Below are positions 32,451 through 51,452 of a stretch of 64,000 nucleotides of DNA, in pieces. Position numbers and translations under genes: made by a program. Origin of the DNA: the human T2T-CHM13v2.0 reference genome, Homo sapiens; assembly GCF_009914755.1 (NCBI RefSeq), contig NC_060938.1; one strand, written 5' to 3'. Every line of letters begins with the position of its first letter. Positions within the stretch are counted from its first letter, which is position 1. The notes under the pieces were generated by a model. It was not told where the DNA came from and made no database searches. It worked only from the letters and a program-made list of their open reading frames with translations.

Positions 32451-33829
32451 CAGATCCCAGCCTAGATGTGTGGGATTATGGCTTTTGTTAAGTTTAAAAC
32501 GTATTTAGCCAATTTTTCCTCAAATTTTTTATTCTGCCTCTCCTCCTACCTATTTGGGGACTTATATATTACCTGCTGGAACTTTGCTCATAGTTCACTA
32601 ATGTCTCAAATTTGTGAATCTCTTATTTCATGATGGTGAATTAATCTGCTCATATCTACTCAGTGCAGCTTTCATCTCCAGCATTGTAACTTGTATCTCT
32701 ACAAGTGCAATTTGGTTTTAAAAAGTATCTTCTATTGCTTAACTTATCTTCTTGATTTTTATAGTAGAATAGAGTTGAGTTACTTATAAACAGCTTGATC
32801 CTTTTCATTTTTCTTTTTATGGTATGAGCTAACTCCCCATACCCGAGGCAAGGCCTTTCTGAGTATTCATTTTCCTGTGAAGTCTGAGTTTTCCCAGTCA
32901 AATCTATAAAAATAGATGCTCTTCTTGGCACTGTGTGGGCACCAGGTGTGACTTCCTCTAATTTTATAAGCCACCCCCCACCCCCACCCGGTTTGTTCTT
33001 AGGTAGTTTCCTAGCTCACATGCAATTTTCAAAATTTTGCTAAGTACTGACAGGGGGTTTCTTGCCGTTGATTCTGTATCTCTCTCTCCTCCTCAGTGTT
33101 TGTTCTGTAATATCTGTCTGCTTTGGTTTTACCAGACTCTAAGCTTCATCAATGTAACCAGGAGAGTCTGGTAGATCCCACCTCAGTTTTTTCTTCCTGT
33201 GTCATGTCTCGGAATCTCTGTCAAGGCAGGAAGCTGAAACATTCATAAGGTTTGCTTTTTTTCGTGTTTTTTTTTCTGTTTTTCAGGGATTATTATCTTC
33301 TTTGCCTAATGTACAGTGTCTAAAAAATTGTTTAATGTATTTTGTGTGTTTTGATTTTAGTTATTTTAGCTAAGAAGAAAAATCATACCTGTTGCTCTCC
33401 CTTGGCTAGAGGCAGACTACACTAGAGTTTCAGCACATGCCACAGACTGGCTAAAGTGCTTTCCTTCCTTGTTTGCTCAACTGCTTCCTTTTCATTCTTC
33501 ATTCCTCAGTGTAGCTATACATCCCTCGGGGGAATTTTCCGTGAGCCTAGTATAGATCTAATTCTTAGCAATCTGTTTTCTTACAGTATCTATCTGAATT
33601 TATAACTGTCACTTTTCTGGAGCTTTGTCTTTTAGCACATTTTAAGTTAAACACAGGCAGAGGTTTTGCTTTTATCTGTTTAATCTGCAGAGCTTAGTAT
33701 AATGCCTTCTACCTGGTAGGCAATCAATATATATTTGTTCAGTGTATGAATTAGTGATTTTTAAAATATGCAGTTCTTTTTATCCCAAAAGTACTAATAC
33801 ATTTTATTTCTATCTCCTCCTTGAGACAG

Positions 33830-34373
33830 ATTCAACTAGCCTATCAAAAATCTTGGATGCAGTTCTTTCTTGTGAAAGAGCAAGGGAACTTAAAAAATAT
33901 CCCTGTGAGCCAGGTGCTGTGGCTCATGCCTGTAATCCCATCACTTTGGGAGGCCAAGGCGGGCAGATCATGAGGTCAGGAGATCAAGACCATCCTTGCT
34001 AACACAGTGAAACCCCGTCTCTACTAAAAATACAAAAAAAAATATTAGCCGGGCATGGTGGCGGGTGCCTGTAGTCCCAGCTACTCAGGAGGCTGAGGCA
34101 GGAGAATGGCGTGAACCCAGGAGGTGGAGCTTGCAGTGAGTGGAGAACCCACCACTGCACTCCAGCCTAGGCAACAGAGAGAGACTCCGTCAAAAAAAAA
34201 AAAAAAAAGAAAAAAGAAAAAAAAGAAAAAAAATCCCTGTGAACAACTTACAGCAAAAATGAAACAAATGAAAAATAAGCTTCGTGTACTACAAAATGAA
34301 CTATCAGAACCAAAAGAAATAAAATCATAGAGAATCAAAAAGTTAAAAGAGAACAAGAGCTCTGCAGTCTGAG
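33830..34373 (+). pseudogene. ANKRD30 coiled-coil exon ([12 protein letters not shown]...ELCS) interrupted by an AluY
   Basis: AG at 33828-33829, GT at 34374, TAG at 34328-34330. Confidence 0.9.
33909..34225 (+). mobile_element. AluY-like, exonic insertion
   Basis: TSD aaaaaa(t/a)atccctgtga at 33892-33908 and 34226-34242. Confidence 0.95.
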
Positions 34374-35635
34374 GTATGATATACTAGTATATAGGATACT
34401 TTTTGTACTAGCTGACTTACCTTCTGAGGTTTAACTGGAGAAAGAAATCTCTGTCTTGTAGAGTGTCAAATTCATTTAAATAATACAAGTTCTTAACTGT
34501 GAATACATCTCCTGATAATTAAATACTTATTTATTTAAATCACAATTTTAATGGCTACATAGAAGGCCATTATTCGGAAACCCCATTATTTACTTAACAA
34601 ATTAATTTTTTATTTTTAATTTTTTTGTGTTATAATAAGTGTTGCAAGGCATAACTGCATGTAAATCCTTTTCTACCATTCTAATTATTGACTTGGAATA
34701 AATTCTTCAATATAAAAATATTTGGTTAAATTATAGGAAGTTTTTAAGAAGTTCTTTGTTCATTACTTCTAAATTGTTCCCAAGAAAATTTATATTCATT
34801 TATAGTTCAACAAAGGGAGTGTGAAACGGCCATTCCTCTACCCCCAATAATCATTTTCCTTTAATTATACACTTTTAATCTTAATATGCATGGAGTATAA
34901 AGAAAAATACAGAGTAATTTATGACTAGTATATTCAACATCTCTCTCTCTCCTAAATAAATAAAATTAATTCCGAGTTCTATGTTAAAAATACTTATTAT
35001 TTTTATTTTAAATTAAATATTATATTCTGTCTTATTCTAAAAGAGATTTAAAATTTGTTGATAAAATATATAATAATCAACAGATACATTTAAAGTATTA
35101 CTAAAAAAAGAAACAAAAGATATATGGGATAACAGATATTAGATTCTCTAGCCTAGTCTCAGATTTTAATATTATAATTATTTTTAAGGATACTTGCCTT
35201 ATTTTATAAAGATGAATATTTATGTCTAATAAATATGTAAACTTGTTTATAAAAAGTAACGTCATTTTAATTAGTTAACTCTAAATGATCTGTCCTCATT
35301 GAGGAGTAATTTTGACTGTTATATTTTTTAAATAATAATTTTCAACTTATAACTTTACTGGATAGCTTCCAGTATTCTTTTCCATAACAGTTGTTGAAGT
35401 TACTAGTAACAGAATCTTTCTAACTAGAAGATATTCTTTTCTCACTATTGTTCAAGCATGTGTGTCATTTGGAAGAGAGTTCAGTAATAAAATACCTCAG
35501 AACTAGAAAGGAAAAACGTATTCAAGAATATAAGAATTTCATTGGAATAATAAACCGATATAGGAAGAAGTAGATCTCAAAGTGAATTCTATTTTCTAAC
35601 AAAATGAATTTTAAGATAAGTATATTTAATGGCAG

Positions 35636-35812
35636 ATTGACTTTAAAACAAGAATAAGAGAAGAAATGCCAATATATTAAAAGAAAAAATAGGAAAGAAT
35701 TAGGAAAATTCGAAGAGCTGCAAAAGAAAAAGTTAGAAGTGAAGCAACTTGAACTCGCTCTCCGAATATACAAGATATGGAATTGAAGATGGTAAGAAGT
35801 AATTTGAATCAG
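35636..35812 (+). pseudogene. ANKRD30 coiled-coil exon (LTLKQE*EK...SNLNQ), decayed; last recognisable exon
   Basis: Acceptor ggcag, internal stop and frameshifts, donor replaced by ctcaat. Confidence 0.85.
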
Positions 35813-35929
35813 CTCAATCAATCGCTGGTAAAAATTTTATATTTCTAACTTTATTTCATCAATATTACTTTTAATATCCATTCGATTTAGTAGGTATTAT
35901 TCAGAATTATGATAATGCCGCTATAATAT

Positions 35930-37340
<1,411 letters not shown>

Positions 37341-37947
37341 TAGGAATAAATTTTATGGTATTTTAATTAATTTAAATGTAAAAAACTAAATGCAGCTGGT
37401 GGCTATCATACTGGACCTCACAGTTCTAACACCACCAGTATCAACCCCTGGACAGATATAATCATTTCTAAGCTGCCTTTGTATTTATTATTATTCTATT
37501 TATGGTAATCTGTAATCTATTCTCCCACAAAGCTGGACAATTCCTGTAAGAACATATCTTATACCATTTCATTCCCAGCTCTGAATCCTCCAGTGGTTAT
37601 CTATCACAATTAACAAAGAAATCCAAGCTCTTTACTATGTTCTGTATTTGTCTGCTCCTCAGAGTGTGCATTCTCCTTTCCTCCTCCCAGTGCCTGCAGC
37701 CTGACTGGTCTTTGTAGTGATCTTTGAGCTCATCAAGCGCTGTCTGTATCCAGACTCTGCACAATGTCTCTTCTCTCTGCCCTCTAGACATTCGCTTAAC
37801 TCACTCCGTCATACCATTCTGACCTGCTCAAGGGTCATCTCCTCAGAAAGATTGTTCAAGAGCTCTCTATCTAAAGTAGCAGTCCCTGACACCCTGAATG
37901 TGATTACCCTACCTTATTTTCTTTGTATTATTATACTTTTTATTTAG

Positions 37948-38070
<123 letters not shown>

Positions 38071-38384
38071 TGAGCACCACAACACTTGGCTAATATATTT
38101 CTTCATAGCGCTTAGTACATCCATCACTTTAGTGTGCAACTGTTTATGCATTTATGTTCTATCTCTGTCACTATACTGCAATCTCCATAAAGACAGACCT
38201 TCTCTCTCCAGTTCCCATAATACTACCCAGCATAAAATAGGCTGTAAGTAAACATTTATTGAGTACATAAAAGAAGAATCTTATTCATGTCAAGGTTGTA
38301 ATCTATGTTAGATTCAAAGAGATAGTCTCCTGACTAAATAGGAGTGTTTCTTTTTGAAGCATGCCTTTAAAAAAAGTGTTGCAC

Positions 38385-40030
38385 ATGGTGGATAAGCTTT
38401 TGTATGTGCTGCTGGATTCATTTTGCCAGTCTTTTATTGAGGATTTTCACATCAATGTTTATAAGGGCTATTGGCCTGAAATTTTCTTTATTTGTTGTGT
38501 CTGTCAGGTTTTGGTATCAGGATGATGCTGCCCTCATAAAATGAGTTAGGGAGGAGTCCCCCTTTTACCATTGTTTGGAATAGTTTCAGAAGGAATCGTA
38601 CCCGCTCCTCTTTATATCTCCAGTATAATTCAGCTATGAATCCATCTGGTCCCGGGCTTTTTTTGGTTGGTAGGCTATTCATTACTGCCTCAATTTCAGA
38701 ACTTGTTATGGGCCTATTCGGGGATTCTACTTCTTCCTGATTTTGTTGTGGGAGGGTGTATGTGCCAGGAATGTATCTGTATTTTCTAGATTTTCAGGTT
38801 TATTTGCAGAGAGGTGTTTATAGTATTCTCTGAGGGTAATTTATATTTCTGTGGGATCAATAGTGATACCTCCTTCATCATTTTTTTTTTGAGATGGAGT
38901 CTCACTCTGTCACCCAAGCTGGAGTGCAGTGGTGTTAGCTCACTGCAACCTCCACCTCCGGGGTTCAAGCAATTCTTCTGCCTCAGCCTCCCTAGTAGCT
39001 GGGTCTACAGGCACACACCACCACACCCAGCAAATTTTTGTATTTTTAGTAGAGATGGGGTTTCACCATATTGGCCAGGCTGGTCTCGAACTCCTGACTT
39101 TGTGATCCACCTGCCTCGGCCTCCCAAAGTGCTGGGGTTACAAGCATGAGCCATCGCACCCAGCCCCCTTTATCATTTTTTATTATGTCTAATTGATTCT
39201 TCTCTTTTTTCTCTGTTAGTCTAGCTAGTGGTCCATTTATTTTGTTAATCTCCTGGATTCACTGATATTTTGAAGGGTTTTTCGTGTCTCTATCTCTTTC
39301 AGTTCTACTCTGATCATAGTTATTTCTTGTCTTCTGGTAGCTTCTGAATTTGTTTACTCTTCTCTAGGTTTTTTAATTGTGATATTAAGGGGTTGATTTT
39401 AGATCTTTCCAGCTTTCTGTTTTGGGCATTTAGTGCTATAACTTTCCCTCTTAACACTACTTCAGCTGTGTCTCAGAGATTCTGGTACGTTGTCTCTTTG
39501 TTCTCACTGGTTTCAAACAACTTTGTTATTTCTGCCTTAATTTCATTATTTACCCAGTAGTCATTCAGAGGCAGGTTGTTCAATTTCCATGTAATTGTGT
39601 GGTTTTGAGTAAGTTTCTTAATCCTGAGTTCTAATTTGTACATGTACAAATTAGAGTACACCATGGAATGTTATGCAGCCATAAAAAATCATGAGTTCAT
39701 GTTCTTTGCAGGGACATGGATGAAACTGGAAGCGACCATTCTCAGCAAACTAACACAGGAACAGAAAACCAAACAGTGCATGTTCTCACTCATAAATGGG
39801 AGTTGAACAATGAGAACACATGGACACACGGAGGGGAACATCACACACAGAGGCCTGTCAGGGGTTGGAGGGGAAGAGGAGGGAGAGCATTAGGACAAAT
39901 ACCTCATGCATATGGGGCTTAAAACTAAGATTACAGGTTGATAGATGGAGCAAACCACCACAGCACATATATACCTATGTAACAAACCTGTACATACTGC
40001 ACATGTATCCCAGAACTTAAAGTACAATTT
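38385..40030 (+). mobile_element. L1PA8-10-like element with inverted 5' segment (antisense ORF2 at 38385-39638, sense 3' end at 39656-40030)
   Basis: Minus-strand ORF2 peptides ([22 protein letters not shown]) joined to a plus-strand ORF2 end and 3'UTR. Confidence 0.75.
38880..39165 (-). mobile_element. AluS-like inserted in L1
   Basis: Reverse Alu flanked by ..t(c/t)atcattttt repeats. Confidence 0.93.
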
Positions 40031-40059
40031 TTAAAACAGATATAAATATTGTATACATA

Positions 40060-40805
40060 AAAAAGACACACAATGTTTATGAATAGAAAGATTTTATATT
40101 GTAAAAAAGTCATTTCTACTCATTAAATTATGGTTGAATGCAATCCTACTCAAAATCCTATCAGGTAATTTAAAAATTGACAAGCTAATTTAAAATTTTT
40201 TTGAAAATTTAAAAGGACAAGAAGAACCAAGAAAGTTCTGAAGAAGAACAGAGCTCAAGAATGTATACCATCAGATGTCTCCAACTTTATTACAATTAAA
40301 ATAAGATGGTATTAGCAGGACATACAAATAGAGAAACCAAAAACAAACTCATACTTATACCATCACCTGACTTATGACAAAGGTGAAACTGCAGTGCAGT
40401 GAGGAAATAATAATCTTCTCAATAAATGGTGGTAGATAATTTGGATATCAATATGGGGGAATAAAAGACTTTAACCCCTGTCTTGCATCACAAACAAAAA
40501 TCAATCGTAAGTGGGTTATAAAGCTCAATCTGAAAGGTTAAAAATTAAAAAAAAAGCTTCTGTAACATAGAAGAATACCTTTATGACAATGGGGTAGACA
40601 GAAATTTCTTAAGCAAGATTAAATAAGCATTAACTACACAGAAAAATTCTGATAAATTGAACTACATTAAAATTAAGAAATTGGTATTAACGAAGTCACC
40701 ATTAAGAGAAAGAAAAGACAAGTTAAATTGGGAGAATATATCTGCAATGTTTAGGTCCAATCAAAAATTTATATCCAGAATATATAAAAATTTCCTACAA
40801 ATCTT
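40060..40805 (+). mobile_element. Old L1M ORF2 3' fragment
   Basis: Degenerate ORF2 motifs (aataaatggtg, YIKIK, WENISA..ISRIYK). Confidence 0.7.
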
Positions 40806-40843
40806 CATATATTCTGGTTATAAACTTTTGATTGGACATAAAC

Positions 40844-43475
<2,632 letters not shown>

Positions 43476-44267
43476 AATTATTAAAAATCACTGAAATGTA
43501 CACTTTAAAAAACAAAAAAAAAGAGTGTATTCTATCAGGATTCTGACTAGAGTGCTCTAGAGTATGACATAGGATAGGGAATGTCTTAATAAGCTTCAAA
43601 ATTCTAGGAATAATGAACCTAGGAAAAAAGCTTTGAAAAATGCCAGGGATTCAACTGCCTCCCTGGCCCTTCCCTGCCAATCAATGTGCCCCAGCACCCA
43701 ATTTACACAGCACTGTGTGCAGGTTTGTAAATAGACCTTCCAATTCTGCTATAATCAAGACCTTATTGTCCATAACTCAATTTGGAGAAGGTTTAGCTGT
43801 CTGCCAACTCTTGTGCAGAGTTTCTGTGAAGTTTTGTTTTGGGTTGCAAGAATCTGGAAAACAAATGCAGATATTTTTGAGGAAGATTTTGAAATTTCTA
43901 TTTACAATGTACCCAAAATGGGATGCAAACTCGAATTTGGTTGATCTTCTGAAATACATACCTGTGTTTTAAGATTTGCTTGAGCAAACCTTTAACCATG
44001 GAAATTTGAAACAATGATTTCCGGGTTGAAATAATTCCAGTTTTGTCATTTAAATACCGCAAATGAATCTGTTTTAGCACAGGGTACAAATATCTTTTTT
44101 CCTTTTGTGCATTTGGCAGTAGTGTGTTTTGGTAATAAAACATAGCTCTGCATATTAATGAAACATAGCTCTGCATATTTTGTCTGGGGAAAATTAGTAT
44201 TCTGTGAACAAAGTCAACAATTTCTGGCCTCGCATTAGTTTTCCTATTATAATTAAAACTTAGTTTT

Positions 44268-44584
44268 GGCCGGGCGTGGTGGCTCAGGCCTGTAATCCCC
44301 GCACTTTGGGAGGTCAAGGCAGGCAGATCATGAGGCCAGGAGGTTGAGACCATCCTGGCTAACATGGTGAAATCCCGTCTCTTCTAAAAATACAAAAAAA
44401 AAAAAAAAAATTAACCAGTTGTGGTGGCGGGCGCCTGTAGTCCCAGCTACTCAGGAGGCTGAGGCAGGAGAATGGCATGAACCTGGGAAGCAGAGCTTGC
44501 AGCAAGCCGAGATCAAGCCACTGCACTCTAGCCTGGGTGACAGAGAGAGACTCTGTCAAAAAAAAAAAAAAAACAAAACAAAAA
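44268..44584 (+). mobile_element. AluY-like
   Basis: TSD aa(a/c)acttagtttt at 44255-44267 and 44585-44597. Confidence 0.95.
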
Positions 44585-45064
44585 AACACTTAGTTTTGAA
44601 AATATCTTGGTATTAAATTTCCAATGCTTCAATATTATAATGAAAACCTTGCTTTACTGAGAGCAGAAACATAATGCAGAAAAGAAAAAAGACCAACAGT
44701 CTCTAGATTACTGGATTTATGTGGATATGATGGAGTTGGTGTTTAATGATTTCTCCCTTGAATCATAGCAAAGATGCTTTTGCGAAGCATAGCTCTTTCA
44801 TAAATATACTTTCCAACCATTCAGCATTACCTATCTTTTGGCTCCTTTTGCTTTGTGTTTCTGCTCTGATATCATTTCTGGAAACAAATTACAGTAACAA
44901 ATTTATTGAGAGCTGGCATTGTGAATTGTGCCTAGGATTTAAGTTGCTTAATACACTGCCCTCCCAAATCAAGAGAAACAGGCCATTCTGGGACAAACAT
45001 AGCCTGTCTCACACAGGGGTCAGGAAGCAGAGATATCAGGCAATTGGGACTATGTCTTTATGAT

Positions 45065-46647
45065 AGATATGGTTAGGCTTTGTGTGCCCACATCTCATCT
45101 TGAATTGTAATCCCCATGTGTTAAGGGAGACACCTGGTGGGAAGTGATTGGATCATGGGGGGTGGTTTCCCCCATGCTGTTCTTGTGATACTGAGTGAAT
45201 TCTCATGAATTCTGATGGTTTTATAAATGGTAGTTTTTTCTGCACACACACACATGTTCTTTCTCCTGCTGCCATGTAAGAAGGTCCAGTTTGCTTCTCC
45301 TTTGCCTTTTGCCATGATTGTAAGTTTCCTGAGGCCTCCCCAGCTATGAGGAACTGTGAGTCAATTTAACCTTTTTGTTTTATAAGTTACCTAGTCTTGG
45401 GAAGATTTTTATTGCAGTGTGAGAATGGACTATTACAGTAAATTCATGCTGATAGAGTTGGGTACTGCTATAAAGATACCCAGCAATGTAAAAGCGACTT
45501 TGGATCTGGAGATGGAGATGAGAAACCTATTGGGAACTAGAGCAAAGGTCACTCTTGCTATGCTTAAGCAGAGACTGGCAGCATTTTCCCCCTGCCCTAA
45601 AGAGCTGTGGAACTTTGAACTTAGATGATCTGAAATTGAAACTTACATTTAAAAGGGAAGCAGAGCATAAAAGTTTGGGAAAATTTACAGCCTGATAATG
45701 CTATAGAAAAGAAAAACCCATTATTTGGGGAAAAATTCAAGCCAGCTGCAAAAATTTGCATAAGCAACAGGGAGCCTAATGTTAATCACCAAGACAATGG
45801 GGAACATGTCTCCAGGGCATGTCAGAGACCTTCACAGAAGCCTTTCCCATCACAGACCAGGAGGTCTAAGAGGAAAAAATGGCTTTGTGTGCCGGGTCCA
45901 GGCCTTGCTGCTTTGTGAAGCCTCAGTACTTGGTGCCCTGTGTCCCAGCCACTACATCTGTGGCTAAAAGGGGCCAAGGTACAGTTCAGACCATTGCTTC
46001 TGTAGGTACAAGCCCCAAGCTTCGTTGGCTTCCATGTGGTGTTGAGCCTGTGAGTGCACAGAAGTCAAGAATTGGGGTTTGGGAACCTCCACCTAGATTT
46101 TAGAGGATGTAAGGAAAAGCCTGGATATACAGGCATAAGTTTGCTGCAGAGGTGGAGCCCTCATGGAGAACTCCATGTTAGGGCAGTGCAGAAGAGAAAT
46201 GTGAGGTCAGAGCCTTCACACACAGTCCCCACTGAGGCACTGACTAGTGGAGCTGTGAGAAAAGAGCCACTATTCTCCAGATCCCAGAATGGTAGATCAA
46301 CCAACAGCTTGCATTGTACATCTGGAAAAGCTGCAGACACTCAATGCCAGCCTATGAAAGCAGCTTGGAATGGGGCTGTACCCTGCAAAGGCACGGGGCA
46401 GAGCTGCCCAAGACCATGAGAGCCTACTTCTTGCACCAGTGTGACCTGAATGTGAGACATGGAGTCAAAGGAGATTATTTTGGAGCTTTAAAATGCAATG
46501 ACTACCCTGCTGGATTCTGGACTTGCATGGGGCCTTTAGCCCCTTTGTTTTGTCCAATTCTCCTATATGGAATGGGAGCATCCTCATCCAATGCCTGTAC
46601 CCTCATTGTATCTTAGAAGTAATTAACTTGGTTTTGATTTTATAGGC
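45065..46647 (+). mobile_element. THE1 (ERVL-MaLR) LTR at 45065-45437 plus 3'-truncated internal region
   Basis: gatatggtt...atctcatcttgaattgtaatcccc...gagaatggactattaca, then THE1-int sequence. No second LTR. Confidence 0.9.
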
Positions 46648-47892
46648 CATGCTAATCAGCATTCAGTTCCAGATTCCAATTTATTCTCAGTGTGCCTGTA
46701 TAACTTTTCTTTCCATATATATAGAATTAAATTTCTATTACTTATTTGAATGTTATAGAATACTGTTCATACATTTAAAATAAAACCACCAGGTATAATG
46801 ATTTCTGGCTTAGTATAAAAAAGCTTTTACCCAGTTAGTGTTATTTACACAGGTGGATGTGGCTCCACAACATTTAGAGAAGAAGAATAAATTAAGCTGT
46901 CATATGTTGCCATGACTCAGCCTATGAAGAGGTTATGAAAAAATCCAAATTTCAGCAAAAGTATATGGTTGTTTTCAGTACCTCTGGAGGTGGTATATCA
47001 AGAATTCTCATGCTACTGTTTGAGAAAACAGATTCCGTTGTTACCTAGAAAATCAACTGCAAGGCATTTTAATAACCTTACCCCATGTAAAAAAAAAATA
47101 CATTGAAATGTACTAATAAATGCAGACTACATTACTTGAAAAATGGTAATACAGAATACCACTTTTAATATTTGAGAATATGAATTTTTGGTAGAAATAA
47201 TGTAAAATAAAGCTTCTGGTAAGCCTTGGGCAGTTAAATTTACATCAGTGTAAAGTAGGATGAAAATCTGTAAAAAATAAAAATAAAAAACACACAAAAA
47301 CCTACACCAAAAAAACCCTAACATCCACCAATGCATACATATTGATCTTTGTGCTGGGAAAATCTAAAGCAGAACATTTTGGTAAACTTGATCGTTATTT
47401 ATTTTGACTATATTGGCATGTTGATAAAACTGCTTATATTTAATTTGAGTGAAACATGTCCACATTATTAAAAGTGTTGCTTTGTACTATGAATGATGGA
47501 TGTAAAGTCTTGATCCTCATCCAAATAAATATGGCAACACTTTCTTCTGCTTCTTTTGAGCTGAGGCATTATGAAAGCTCAAATTTGAAGTGAGAGGGAC
47601 TTAACATCAGAGCCTGAGAAACCAAGAAGAATAAGGTAGGATGGTCAGCTCTGAAGCTCAGGGTGGCCTGGGGAAACTCAATATAATGATGTCAACTATG
47701 AAGCTTACTGGGTAAAACTACAAATAGGCTGATCTCATTTTACAAAGGTAAGTCAACACTCCCATTTCCAAGAAAGTAAAAAACAAAACAAGCAAATAAA
47801 ACTAAAAATACAAACTTGAAAACATCATGGCTTAAATTTGGTGGGAAGAAGCCTCTGGGATCAAAAATACTTGTGCCAAAAGAATTGAGCCA

Positions 47893-48188
<296 letters not shown>

Positions 48189-48761
48189 AAAAGAATTGAG
48201 CCAGAATAAAATGTATTTAAGGGTTATTAAGGGGAATGTTTCCAGCACATAAGTAATTGTTCCACATCATATTATATTATATTAGGCAATATACTTTCAT
48301 GTAATATCAGCTTCTCAAGACAGGGATGTCAAAGAGAAACTAAGACAAGTGCCTAATATGTCATTGGCATTTTGTTCTCAAATTTAACAAACTTGTAATG
48401 ATTATATAAATTTTACTGAACTGTGTTTTATGTATAAACCTCACCTAAAGGCATTATCCAGTACATACAACCTTCAGTCTTTTCTGGGATGTTCTGTTGC
48501 CTGATTTCAAATCAAACTTATTGAAATTCTAGCAATTTCTCCAGTCCCAGATGTAAAAATAAAAAAGCAGAAATAAAGCCAAATTACCCCCAAAAGAATA
48601 TGCATTATACGTATAGAACAAATGAACCCAAAACCACATAAGATAAACAACAAAGCTACTGGTTCAAAATTAAGCCTAACTTCAACAGTACCAGGCAAAA
48701 ACCATTTGTAAAAATTACCAAAGTCAAAATACAGAAACCTTTAGTCTATTATGCCTATAAA

Positions 48762-49829
48762 TATCATGGAACCTGCCCCGATAGTCACGTAGGTTCTTTT
48801 CTATTTTCCCTAAGTGTCAACTGGTTTGAGAAATAAAGGGAGAGAGTACAAAAGTGGGAAATTTTAAAGCTGGGCATCCAGGGGAGACATCACGTGTCAG
48901 TAGGTTCCGTGATGCCCCCCAAGCCGCAAAACCAGCAAGTTTTTATTAGGGACTTTCAAAAGTGGAGGGAGTGTACGAATAGGGTGTGGATCATAAAGAT
49001 CACATACTTCACAAGGTAATAGAATATCACAAGGCAAATGGAGGCAGGGCAAGATCACAGGACCACAGGACCAGGGCAAAATTAAAATTGCTAATGAAGT
49101 TTCAGACACCATTGTCATTGACAACATCTTATCAGGAGACAGGGTTTGAGAGCAACCTGTCTGACCAAAATTTATTAGGCAGGAATTTCCTCTTCCTAAT
49201 AAGCTTGGGAGTTCTACAGGAGACTGGGGTTTATTTCATCCCTAAAGTTTTGACCATAGAAGATGGTTACACCCAAGGGGGCCATTTGTAGTCCCACCCT
49301 CAGGGGTGCATTCTCTTTCTCAGGGATGTTCCTTGCTGAGAAAAATAATTCAGTGATATTTCTCCCATTTGCTTTTGAAAGAAGAGAAATATGGTTCTGT
49401 TCCACTTGGATCACCAGTGGTCAGAGTCTAAGGTTATCTCTCTTATTCCCTGAACAATTGCTGTTATCCTGTTCTTTTTTCAAGGTGTCCAGATTTCATA
49501 TTGTTCAAACACACAGGCTCTACAATCTGTGCAGTTAACGCAGTTATCACAGGGTCCTGAGGTGACATATGTCCTCCTCAGCTGACAGGATTAAGAGATT
49601 AAAGTAAAGACAGGCATAAGAAATCACAAGGGTATTGACTGGGAAAGTGATAAGTGTCCATGAAATCTTAACAATTTGTGTTTAGAGATTGCAGTAAAGA
49701 CAGGCATAGGAAATTATAAAAGTATTAATTTGGGGAACTAATAAATGTCCATAAAATCTTCACAGTCCCCATTCTTTTGCCATGGCTTCAGCCGGTCCCA
49801 CTGTTTGGGGTCCCTGACTTCCCACAACA
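48762..49829 (-). mobile_element. MER11 (HERV-K11/HML-8) solo LTR, MER11C-like
   Basis: Reverse complement begins tgttgtgggaagtcagggacccc, length ~1.07 kb, 6-bp flanks tataaa/aataaa. Confidence 0.92.
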
Positions 49830-50026
49830 AATAAAAAACTAGCATTAAATATAACGTTAAATATAACAGAACATATACAATTACAATAAAGTATTTTTAA
49901 ATGGTAATCTTATTTACAAATATTTACCATATTTAGACAAGACTTTTAATGAAAAATACTTATAGCTACAATGTATGATTAAAACAGCCCTGGAAGAAAT
50001 ATTAATTCTATTAATAATAAAGATTA

Positions 50027-50326
<300 letters not shown>

Positions 50327-51125
50327 TCAAGGTTGTTGTATAATTTATCCTGGACACACAGCTAATGACCCAAATCAAGCTCAGATGTGTTTGATTTTAA
50401 AATTCTCCCTTTTCCACTGTGGACAATGTTGATGTAACAGTTAAATCTTGGTCTCAGAGTTGGTGGTTGGGAATAAATCAAGGCAAGTACTATTATGCTT
50501 TGTTTTGTATTCTTTATCACCAACATTTTCTTCTCTAATATGTCAGTATTTACATTTGGACCACAGCTGACTTTTACTGAAGTCTACTATAAAACATGGC
50601 TAAATTGAAAATTAATGTGATCACAAAATGATTTGTCATGAAAGCAGGTATATTTTTCAAGTTTCAGCTCAGTCACAAATTTGTATCTATTTGAATTTTT
50701 TGAAAATTTCTGACATATACTCAAGTAAATATCAAATGTATTGTTTTATTCAATTTTTTGGATTCAATTAAAAAGTAATTTATATTCAAGTTTGTTGTTA
50801 TATTTACTTTTGACCAAATTTGACTTTCCAAACAGGAAAAGCTAAAGCATTTTTTTCAAAGGTTCAAGGGACTTAAGCTTACTGGCATCAAATGTTCTGT
50901 AGTAAAACAGGCAAATAAAACCTAACATTTTTATCAATAATAATTTAATAGTTTTATGTCTGAGAACCTAAGAATCAAAGACATCAACTCCAGATGATGT
51001 CAATTGCATAATTACACTGGTAAGATAGAAAATGATTATCAGAGTCTATCAAATGATGGATATGGCAACCTAACACTTGACAAAACCATTCAGGATGTGT
51101 TAGATAAACAAGAAGGTACTACTAA

Positions 51126-51452
<327 letters not shown>

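Noticed and set aside
34379-34392. 14-bp palindrome atatactagtatat
   Set aside because: Short and AT-rich, so plausible by chance in 64 kb.
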